Below are positions 12,188 to 19,110 of a DNA stretch of 32,000 bases, in pieces. The notes beneath the pieces were generated by a model. It was not told the DNA's origin. It was given only the letters and a program-made list of their open reading frames with translations, and did no database searches. The position numbers were made by a program, and so were the translations under genes. Positions within the stretch are counted from its first letter, which is position 1, and the number at the start of each line of letters is the position of its first letter. The DNA comes from Candidatus Arthromitus sp. SFB-mouse-Japan. Its GTDB lineage: Bacteria > Bacillota > Clostridia > Clostridiales > Clostridiaceae. Location: the NCBI RefSeq assembly GCF_000270205.1, contig NC_015913.1:1111084-1143083 (forward strand), read 5' to 3'.

Positions 12188-14782
12188 TTATTGATAGTTT
12201 CTCTGAGCTTCTTGAAACCTTTTCTGATATCCATCAGCCAATTGCTTATTTAATTGACCAGCAAAGTTTTGATCTACTTTAAGTTTTGAAATATCCTCAT
12301 CAGTTAGATTAGTTTCTACGGTCTTAGATAAAACTTGTAATTTACCATCTTGTTTTCCAACACTATAATGTATATTCCCATTCATATTAGAAGCTTTTGG
12401 CTTTTTATCCTCTTCAGATGCTGTTTCAAAATAAGTAGAAAGGGCTTGTACTTTACCTGCTTTTACAACTGATGTAGTATCTGATACAGTCACTGTTCTC
12501 TGCAAATGAGTCGTATCTCCTCTTTCTGGACTTTTAGTCTTAACCAAAGCACTTGAAGAAGTTCCAGTAGATGAACTATCTATATTTTTTTTTTGACCGG
12601 AACTAATAATTTGAGCAGTTCCAGTTAGTAAAATTTGATTTGATTTTTTCACGCTGTCTTTATTACTAGATCCTCCCCTTGTAGGAGCAGATGGCGTAAT
12701 AGTAATCGAAGAAGTAAATCTAGTAGGCGTAACTGTTGTTGATGATGATGTTTGTCCATCCTTACTTCCAGTACTAGTTGAAGTTGGCGTTGATGGTGTC
12801 ACTTGTCCACCTTGACCCCCTGTAGATGGCGTTGTAGTTGAAGTTGATGATGTTTCAGTTTTCACGCCACTAGCAGTAGATCCCCCCCTTGTAGGAGCAG
12901 ATGGCGTAATAGTAACCGAAGAAGTAAATCTAGGAGGCGTACTTGTTGTTGATGTTTGTCCAGTTTGAGTAGTTCCTGAAGTTTCATTAGAACTTGAACC
13001 CGTTTCTTTCACTTTTAACTTGTTTGCTAAACCCTGAGCTGCACCAATTACACCTGTATTACCAAGCTTTACTACTCCACTACTAGAAGTTGTTGTATTT
13101 CCTTGATCAGTAGGTTTTGTTTCAGGACTTGTTTTAAGTCTGCTAAAAATTAATTTAGTTTGCTCTTCATAAACTGGATTTTTAAACGAAACTGTACCTG
13201 TAGGGGTTTGTTGTATACTACCTTTATCAGTTTCAGTTACATTGGTTACATCTCCTTGTGTACCTGAAGTCTGTGGAATTTTTAAAGTAACGTTTTTCAC
13301 TGATTCTGTATATACCGGCTTAGAATCTTTTCCTCCAATTTGTATCCTTAATTCAGTACGATATCTAACTCCAGAAGTTCCTTGAGTTGAATGTTGTCCA
13401 TCTTCACTTCCAGAACTAGTCGGACTTGTCATTGTTGATGTTACCTGTTTGCTAGAAGAAGTTGAAGTTGATGGAGTCGTCACTTGTCCAGTTTGAGAAG
13501 TTCCTGAAGTTCCAGTAGAACTTGAACTTGTATCCTTCACTTTTAACTTGCTTGCTAAATTTCTAGCTGGATCCATAACACTTGGATTATTAACTTTAAC
13601 TGTACCTACAGAAGTACCAGATGTTACTGATTGTGAACTTTGACTATCAGTTTGTGAAGAAGTATTAGTAACTTTTACAATAGGTGTCTGAGTAGATTTA
13701 TCTGGACTTCCTGTAAGTGTATCATTTGTTCCACTACTTACTTTTAATTTCGATGCAATTTGTTTTGCTACATCCATAACACTTGGATTATTAACTTTAA
13801 CTGTACCTACAGAAGTACCAGATGTTCCTGATTGTGAACTTTGACTATCAGTTTGTGAAGAAGTATTAGTAACTTGTACAACAGGTGTTTGAGTAGATTT
13901 ATCTGGATTCCTTAAAACAACATTTGTTCTTTCATTTACTTTTAATCCACCAGCTATTTTTTGAGCTGTAGCAATAAGTTCTGGATTATTAACTTTAACC
14001 GTTCCAACACTGCCTTTATCTTCTACAAAACTTACACCACCATCAGGATTTTTAACCATATTTAAATTCAAACTAGAAGTTACCCTATTACTTGCTACAT
14101 TACTTGCACTACTATTTGCACTTACACTTGATACTGAACTCACAGCAGAGTTAACACTATTAATAGATCCTGTTTCTTCAAGTTTAGCTTGTTGTGCTTG
14201 AATTATATCTGAACCAATTATCCATTTTGGTTTAGAACGATATATGTAACTTGTCACTCTTCCAGTAGTAGGATCTACATATTTATCTCTTCCAATTTCT
14301 CCTTTTAAGAACAATTCAAATCTAGTTGCCATATTTCTCTCATATGTCCTTAATTCACCACTTGAAGTAACATATTGAACATACCTTTTATTTGGATCAA
14401 TAGGTCCTACAGGTACAAATTCATCTACATTAACTCCAAACTTATGCGTAACTTTATGTGTTGGAAATTGACCTTGTCCTGACGTTGGAATATTAGTTTC
14501 TACTGTTGTCGCTAATCTCAGACCACTATCAGCTGGATTAGTCAAAGCTCTTCCACTCGAACCAGTATTAGAACCCAAACCACTTCCAGTTCTAGTTACT
14601 ACACTTCCAGTTCTGCCAATCAAACTACTCGTAACTCTGCTAACTACAGAACCTACTCTACTTCCAACTGTGGCATTTGCTTTCTCAGCATCACTAAAAT
14701 ATAAAGACATGGTCGCAACCACTGATAATACATAAAGACTTCCGCTATACAGTCCGATATTTTTTTTATTTTTAACAGCCAT
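12188..14782 (-). CDS. Ser/Thr-rich mucin-like secreted protein, family member 1 (864 aa)
   Basis: GGAGGAG RBS 14788-14794. Family signal peptide MAVKNKKNIGLYSGSLYVLSVVATMSLYFSDAEKANA. Conserved N-domain (..YIYRSKP..). Internal tandem repeats. No LPXTG or TM segment. Confidence 0.8.
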   Translation of the reverse strand: MAVKNKKNIGLYSGSLYVLSVVATMSLYFSDAEKANATVGSRVGSVVSRVTSSLIGRTGSVVTRTGSGLGSNTGSSGRALTNPADSGLRLATTVETNIPTSGQGQFPTHKVTHKFGVNVDEFVPVGPIDPNKRYVQYVTSSGELRTYERNMATRFELFLKGEIGRDKYVDPTTGRVTSYIYRSKPKWIIGSDIIQAQQAKLEETGSINSVNSAVSSVSSVSANSSASNVASNRVTSSLNLNMVKNPDGGVSFVEDKGSVGTVKVNNPELIATAQKIAGGLKVNERTNVVLRNPDKSTQTPVVQVTNTSSQTDSQSSQSGTSGTSVGTVKVNNPSVMDVAKQIASKLKVSSGTNDTLTGSPDKSTQTPIVKVTNTSSQTDSQSSQSVTSGTSVGTVKVNNPSVMDPARNLASKLKVKDTSSSSTGTSGTSQTGQVTTPSTSTSSSKQVTSTMTSPTSSGSEDGQHSTQGTSGVRYRTELRIQIGGKDSKPVYTESVKNVTLKIPQTSGTQGDVTNVTETDKGSIQQTPTGTVSFKNPVYEEQTKLIFSRLKTSPETKPTDQGNTTTSSSGVVKLGNTGVIGAAQGLANKLKVKETGSSSNETSGTTQTGQTSTTSTPPRFTSSVTITPSAPTRGGSTASGVKTETSSTSTTTPSTGGQGGQVTPSTPTSTSTGSKDGQTSSSTTVTPTRFTSSITITPSAPTRGGSSNKDSVKKSNQILLTGTAQIISSGQKKNIDSSSTGTSSSALVKTKSPERGDTTHLQRTVTVSDTTSVVKAGKVQALSTYFETASEEDKKPKASNMNGNIHYSVGKQDGKLQVLSKTVETNLTDEDISKLKVDQNFAGQLNKQLADGYQKRFQEAQRNYQ
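12669..12955 (-). repeat. two ~75-nt highly similar in-frame copies, period ~210 nt (RFTSS[VI]TITPSAPTRGGS)
   Basis: The 12669-12745 and 12879-12955 copies differ at only a few positions by eye. Confidence 0.75.
13535..14011 (-). repeat. three in-frame tandem units of 66-67 aa (SVGTVKVNNP...KLKV...)
   Basis: The 136-nt cores 13571-13706 and 13772-13907 differ at 4 positions by my count (period 201 nt). A third, more diverged copy reaches ~14011. Confidence 0.85.
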
Positions 14783-14858
14783 GTATTCTCCTCCATCTTT
14801 AATAATTAAAATTAAAAAACAACTTAATCCTTCTTGCTTAATTCATTTTTTTGTAATA

Positions 14859-14867
14859 ATTATAACA
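14859..14867 (-). promoter_or_regulatory. extended -10 element TGTTATAAT for family member 1
   Basis: Minus-strand TGTTATAAT lies ~80 nt upstream of ATG 14782. The -35 is weak (ATGAAT at 14882-14887). Confidence 0.45.
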
Positions 14868-14933
14868 TTATTTTTGACAAAATTCATTATTTTTTAATTT
14901 TTTATATAAATTTAATTCATATTTGCTAAAAAA

Positions 14934-14962
14934 CTTAAAAAAAGAGATCATATGATCTCTTT
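14934..14962 (-). terminator. rho-independent terminator (AGAGATC-type hairpin)
   Basis: Perfect palindrome aaagagatcatatgatctcttt (14941-14962), followed on the minus strand by a T-run. Confidence 0.7.
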
Positions 14963-14990
14963 CAAATTTTTATAAATTTACTTTCTCAAA

Positions 14991-15010
14991 GAGAGATCCT
15001 AAGATCTCTC
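14991..15010 (-). terminator. second AGAGATC-type hairpin (weak T tail)
   Basis: gagagatc-ctaa-gatctctc palindrome, followed on the minus strand only by TTTGAG. Confidence 0.4.
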
Positions 15011-15036
15011 AATAAATTCAATTTATTATGACGTTA

Positions 15037-15238
15037 TTACAATTGTCCTGAACCAGTTGAAGTTGTTGAACTACTAGTTGTTCCAGTCGATTTGTAGTTC
15101 TACTAACAGATTCTAAAAATTGCTAAGTAAATAGATTCTTAAGACCTCTATATGAACCTTTCAAATCCTCCGTCAGAAGAAGTAGTAGTTACTTTTGTCT
15201 CTGAACTAGTAGCTGGTAATGAAATCGTACTTGTGCCA
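15037..15238 (-). pseudogene. decayed 3' continuation of family member 2
   Basis: After the TAA at 15239-15241, S/T-rich reading continues in shifted frames (LNGTSTISLPATSSETKVTTTSSDGG...; ...STGTTSSSTTSTGSGQL-stop at 15037-15039), interrupted by several stops. Confidence 0.4.
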
Positions 15239-16759
15239 TTAAGTTGACGTTTCTTTTAATTTAATCACACTCCTACTATTTGGAGTTGGTTGTGGTGATG
15301 ACAATTTAAGCCCATTTAATGTACTTGTGCTTGGTGTTGCTGTATTCGTGCTTGAAGCACTACTACTAGTTGTAGTAGTGGTTACTGAGGTAGTACTTGT
15401 ACCTGTGCTACCAGTTGTTCCAGTTAATGAAGAAGGACTAACAGTTGGAGTTGGAATAGTTCCAGTGCTAGTTACTACTGTTGTTTGTGCTCCTGAAGCA
15501 GATGTTTGAATATTACTTGTACTGCTACTAGAAACAGGCATCACAGTTGTAGTTGTGCTTGCACCTACACCAGTACTTGATGTCTTCGTACTTGAACTGC
15601 TACTAGTTGCAGTAGTAGTTACTGGAGTAGTGTTTGTACTTGTGCTACTAGTTGAAGATCCTTTTAATTTAATCACATTCCTACCAGTTATAGATGGTTG
15701 TGGTGATGACAATCTAATCCCACTTAATGTACTTTTAGTAGTAGGTGCTGGAGTCGTACTTGTACTTGATGTTGGTGTCTTCGTACTTGAACCGCTACTA
15801 GTTGCAGTAGTAGTGCCTATACTTATACTACTAGTTGTCCCAGTTGATAAAGAAGGACTGACAGTCGAAGTCGGAGTAGTTCCAGTGCTAGTTACTACTA
15901 TTGTTTGTGCTCTTGAACTAGGTGTTTGTACAGGAGCTGTACCTATCCCAGTAGTTTGCGTAGAAGTTGTAACTGTAGTTGTCATAGGAGTCTGTGTTGA
16001 AGTTGATACACTTGTACCACCACTGGAAACAGGCGTTGTACTTGTACCTGTGTTACCATCTCTAAACCTATTATAAATATTTAGAGATTGTTCTAAAAAG
16101 CTAGGATTCCTAACCGTAACTTTATCTTTCTCTACAAACTTAACCTTATCTCCTTCTTTAATCACATATAAATTTAACCTAGATGTAAATTTCCCACTTC
16201 CTGTTCCAGTACCTCCTGAAGATGTAGATTGTCCTCCACTTTGAGTTGAAGAACCTGTAGATTGTCCCGCACCAGAAACAGATGAAGAAGAGCCGCTACT
16301 TGTTGAAGCTACAGGCATAGTTGAAGAAGATACAGTACTAGTTGGAGCTGTAGACGTAGTTGAAGAACTAGTTTTATACATAAATCTACGCTGTCGCCCA
16401 TCACTCCCCGTATATTTCTGTACACCGTATGTACCTTCTTTCCACAACAATTTTTCTTTAGGTGCTGGACCCTGTCCAGGATATAACTTTGTTTTATTAT
16501 TTTCAGAGTCAAAAAGTGCAACAAGTTTCTTTACTGGTGATGTAGGATCATCGGAAACTCTAAGACCAGTTATTTTACCTGAAGTAGAAAGAATATTCCT
16601 AGTTAAACCTGATGCTGAAGAAGTAAGCTTAGCCATCATGTTTCTGACCATAGCACTAGCATCTTCACCTTTAGATAAATATACAGAAACAGCGCTAATC
16701 ACTGATAATGCACAAAGACTTCCACCATAAACTCTAATTTTCTTTTTGTTGACATCCAT
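15239..16759 (-). CDS. Ser/Thr-rich mucin-like secreted protein, family member 2 (506 aa, probably 3'-truncated)
   Basis: AAGGAG RBS 16769-16774. Signal peptide MDVNKKKIRVYGGSLCALSVISAVSVYLSKGEDASA. Conserved N-domain LYPGQGPAPKEKLLWKEGTYGVQKYTGSDGRQRRFMYK. Confidence 0.75.
   Translation of the reverse strand: MDVNKKKIRVYGGSLCALSVISAVSVYLSKGEDASAMVRNMMAKLTSSASGLTRNILSTSGKITGLRVSDDPTSPVKKLVALFDSENNKTKLYPGQGPAPKEKLLWKEGTYGVQKYTGSDGRQRRFMYKTSSSTTSTAPTSTVSSSTMPVASTSSGSSSSVSGAGQSTGSSTQSGGQSTSSGGTGTGSGKFTSRLNLYVIKEGDKVKFVEKDKVTVRNPSFLEQSLNIYNRFRDGNTGTSTTPVSSGGTSVSTSTQTPMTTTVTTSTQTTGIGTAPVQTPSSRAQTIVVTSTGTTPTSTVSPSLSTGTTSSISIGTTTATSSGSSTKTPTSSTSTTPAPTTKSTLSGIRLSSPQPSITGRNVIKLKGSSTSSTSTNTTPVTTTATSSSSSTKTSSTGVGASTTTTVMPVSSSSTSNIQTSASGAQTTVVTSTGTIPTPTVSPSSLTGTTGSTGTSTTSVTTTTTSSSASSTNTATPSTSTLNGLKLSSPQPTPNSRSVIKLKETST
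15253..15910 (-). repeat. two in-frame units of ~136-140 aa (AQT.VVTSTGT...L.G.[RK]LSSPQP...VIKLK)
   Basis: aa 284-366 and 424-502 align. The DNA string cttttaatttaatcaca occurs at 15253 and 15661. Confidence 0.75.
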
Positions 16760-16829
16760 GTATTATTCTCCTTTATCAATCAAATTTTAAATAATGATTA
16801 ATTTTTATTTAATTTATTGTTTCGAAATA

Positions 16830-16838
16830 ATTATACCA
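16830..16838 (-). promoter_or_regulatory. extended -10 element TGGTATAAT for family member 2
   Basis: Minus-strand TGGTATAAT, ~75 nt upstream of ATG 16759. Confidence 0.45.
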
Positions 16839-16904
16839 CTTTTCTCATAAAATTTAATTTTTTTAAATTTTATTTTAATTTGATTCACACTTATAAAATT
16901 TTAT

Positions 16905-16930
16905 TTAAAAAAGAGATCCGAAGATCTCTT
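16905..16930 (-). terminator. rho-independent terminator (AGAGATC-type hairpin)
   Basis: aagagatc-cgaa-gatctctt (16911-16930) followed on the minus strand by a T-run. Lies 22 nt after the stop at 16952. Confidence 0.7.
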
Positions 16931-16951
16931 AAAATTCTACTTAACTACTTC

Positions 16952-17806
16952 CTATTCTAAACTTGATTCCTCTATTGTAGGAAAATTTGGAATATAACCT
17001 CCTAAACCAGGTCTATGTTTTCTACCTCCACCAGGTCTTGAATATCCATCTGTCTTATCACCTGATAGAGAAAGTAAACTTTGATCTACACTAGAAGTAA
17101 GGCCTCTAGAAGAACTTGTACTACTAGATGTTGTAGAAGTAACTGAGCTAGATGACATAGAAGAAGAACTTGATGTAACACTGGATCTACTACTTGTACC
17201 AGATGTACCAGTCGTAGTACTGCTAGTGCTTGTAGAAGCACCTGAACTAGAACTCTTAGTAGAAGGACTACCAGTACTAGTCAACTTAATTTTAGTTACA
17301 GTTCTAGTTGTTGGTGTAGGAGTTTGTGGCGTTGACAATTTAAGACCAGATAATTTTCCTGATTCACTTTGTGGGTTAGATCTGTAAATAAATCCATGCT
17401 CACTTCCATCGCTTCCCACATATTTTTGTATACCAAATCCTTGAGTTCCTAACCATAACAATTTCTCTTTAGGATTCGAAGGCTGATTAGGATATACCTT
17501 TCTTGTACCATCTGGGCTAACTAGTGAAACAATCTTATATCCTGAACCAAAAGCAGATGGTCTAACAGAAAGACCCCTATTTTTTAAACCACTACTTGTT
17601 TTACTACTAATAATTTTCTTTACACCAACAACTCCTGAATTAAGACTATCACCAATGCCTCTAAACATTTTTGTCAATGAAAAAAGAGCACCACCACCAA
17701 CTGTAGCATTGGCATCTTTAGATCCAACTACACATAAAGAAACAGCAGTAGCCATTGACAATATACAAAGACACCCACTATATTTCACAACTTTTCTTTT
17801 ATTCAT
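16952..17806 (-). CDS. Ser/Thr-rich secreted protein, family member 3 (284 aa)
   Basis: AAGGAGA RBS. Signal peptide MNKRKVVKYSGCLCILSMATAVSLCVVGSKDANA. Conserved N-domain VYPNQPSNPKEKLLWLGTQGFGIQKYVGSDGSEHGFIYR. LSGLKLSTPQ...TKIKL motif. Confidence 0.8.
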   Translation of the reverse strand: MNKRKVVKYSGCLCILSMATAVSLCVVGSKDANATVGGGALFSLTKMFRGIGDSLNSGVVGVKKIISSKTSSGLKNRGLSVRPSAFGSGYKIVSLVSPDGTRKVYPNQPSNPKEKLLWLGTQGFGIQKYVGSDGSEHGFIYRSNPQSESGKLSGLKLSTPQTPTPTTRTVTKIKLTSTGSPSTKSSSSGASTSTSSTTTGTSGTSSRSSVTSSSSSMSSSSVTSTTSSSTSSSRGLTSSVDQSLLSLSGDKTDGYSRPGGGRKHRPGLGGYIPNFPTIEESSLE

Positions 17807-17885
17807 TCATCAATTCTCCTTTCCAAATAACTTAAAATTAATCAATATCATAAACCATAACATATAAGTTCATTTTTCTGTAACA

Positions 17886-17891
17886 ATTATA
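17886..17891 (-). promoter_or_regulatory. -10 element TATAAT for family member 3
   Basis: Minus-strand TATAAT followed by TGTTAC, as in the paralogues. GTGCAA lies 17 nt upstream. Confidence 0.4.
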
Positions 17892-17943
17892 ATATTTTTT
17901 TTACAAAATTGCACTATTTTTTCAATTTTTATCTAAAATTTTT

Positions 17944-17966
17944 AAAAAAGAGACCTTACGGCCTCT
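17944..17966 (-). terminator. rho-independent terminator
   Basis: agagacc-ttac-ggcctct hairpin (one mismatch) followed by a T-run on the minus strand. Confidence 0.55.
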
Positions 17967-17983
17967 AAATAAAATACAAGAGA

Positions 17984-18330
17984 TTAGTTATTCCTTGTAG
18001 TTGAGTTCTTAGGTCTTGCACCTAGCCTAGTAGAATCAATACCATTGCCACCATTAATTCCAGATACTACAGTAGGAAACATACCTTGTGGTCCCGATTC
18101 TACATTATTTGTTGGAGCACTCAAAGATCCAGCTCCACTGCTACCACTAAACCCACTATCAGCTAAAGGCCTTGGGCTATCAGTACCCGAATCATACAAA
18201 TTAGGATAAGTTACTTTACTACCATAGTTTCTTTAATTCCAGCTGAACACAAGGAAGCAACAGTAACCATTGACAACATACAAAGACGTCCACCATACTT
18301 TATAGCTCTTTTCTTATTTTTTACATTCAT
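17984..18330 (-). pseudogene. frameshifted short family member (psi-1)
   Basis: ATG 18328-18330 opens MNVKNKKRAIKYGGRLCMLSMVTVASLCSAGIKETMVVK, with a stop at 18211-18213. A second frame, open 18232-17984, encodes ...YGSKVTYPNLYDSGTDSPRPLADSGF.... The two frames overlap at 18211-18232, so a single frameshift separates them. Confidence 0.6.
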
Positions 18331-18407
18331 TTACATATTTCTCCTTTTTTATACTTTAAAGTTAATCGGACTCCTAATCTCAATTGTCTAATTTATTCTC
18401 ACTAACA

Positions 18408-18416
18408 ATTATATCA
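18408..18416 (-). promoter_or_regulatory. extended -10 element TGATATAAT upstream of psi-1
   Basis: Minus-strand TGATATAAT, ~80 nt upstream of ATG 18330. Confidence 0.4.
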
Positions 18417-18498
18417 TCTTCTTTAATAAAATTCATCATTTTTTAACTTTTTTGTTAAATTTAGTTCATATTTTGATAAATATTCTAAGATTCAAATA

Positions 18499-18531
18499 AT
18501 AAAAAAGGGAAATATCAACTTAATATTTCCC
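18499..18531 (-). terminator. rho-independent terminator
   Basis: gggaaatat (18507-18515) / atatttccc (18523-18531) followed by a T-run on the minus strand. Confidence 0.7.
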
Positions 18532-18558
18532 AATAAATTCAAATTCTAAATACATATT

Positions 18559-19035
18559 TTAATTTTGTCCCCCACTAGATGTAGACACTAATGATTTGGT
18601 AGAAGTTGAAGTCCCTAATCCACTACTACTGGTTCTAAATGGTAAACCATCAGTTGTTTGTAAAATAATTTTTTTAGTTGAACCATCCCTACCTACATAA
18701 TCCTGTGTCTTAACTTCAGAATTCCCCAATAACAATACTTTTGTCTTAGGTGTATTTTGTCCTAAATATATGTGTAAATTACCTGCTGGATCCTTTAAAC
18801 CAAGTATATGTTTTGATGGATTTTCAGGATCAGGCTAAACTTTAAGACCACCTACTCCACTAGTAAGTGAGATCGCAACTTTTTGAATAGTGGCACTAGT
18901 TTTTGGTTCGATGCCAGGCAAAATTGCATTAGCTTGCTTACTCCCATTTGCATATAAAGAAACAGCAGTGATCATTGATAACATGCAAAGACTACCACTA
19001 TAAATTCCAATACTTCTCTTGCGTTTAAAATTCAT
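18559..19035 (-). pseudogene. family member interrupted by in-frame TAG (psi-2)
   Basis: 159 codons stay in one frame. Signal peptide MNFKRKRSIGIYSGSLCMLSMITAVSLYANGSKQANA. TAG at 18835-18837 sits where paralogue 2 has Ser (GLRVSDDP vs GLKV*PDP). The conserved N-domain continues after the stop. Confidence 0.65.
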
Positions 19036-19101
19036 TTTATTAATTCTCCCTTTAAAATAAATATGTAAATAATTAGTTAATTTATTAAAGTTTCTGTGAT
19101 A

Positions 19102-19110
19102 ATTATATCA
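19102..19110 (-). promoter_or_regulatory. extended -10 element TGATATAAT upstream of psi-2
   Basis: Minus-strand TGATATAAT, ~70 nt upstream of ATG 19035. Confidence 0.4.

Noticed and set aside
13262-13279. IPQTSG in the 864-aa protein as a possible LPXTG sortase signal
   Set aside because: It is internal, has an extra residue before the Gly, and is not followed by a hydrophobic segment and basic tail. No protein in the window has a credible C-terminal sorting signal.
12669-14011. Regularly spaced direct repeats considered as a possible CRISPR array
   Set aside because: The repeats are in-frame parts of a long ORF. The sequences between them are homologous S/T-rich coding linkers rather than unique spacers. 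No cas genes or leader are present.
15327-16076. Plus-strand V/L/G-rich ORFs (15327-15509, 15555-16076) antisense to paralogue 2
   Set aside because: The reverse complements of ACT/AGT/ACC-rich Ser/Thr codons give Val/Leu/Gly-rich open frames. There is no RBS, and the sense gene is supported by family homology.
16309-16524. 71-aa same-strand alternative-frame ORF inside paralogue 2
   Set aside because: It lies wholly within the better-supported 506-aa frame and has no independent start signals.
18835-18837. In-frame TAG of psi-2 as programmed readthrough or pyrrolysine
   Set aside because: There is no supporting context in the window (no pyl genes, no recoding element seen). The neighbouring paralogue is also broken, so simple decay or a sequencing error is more economical.
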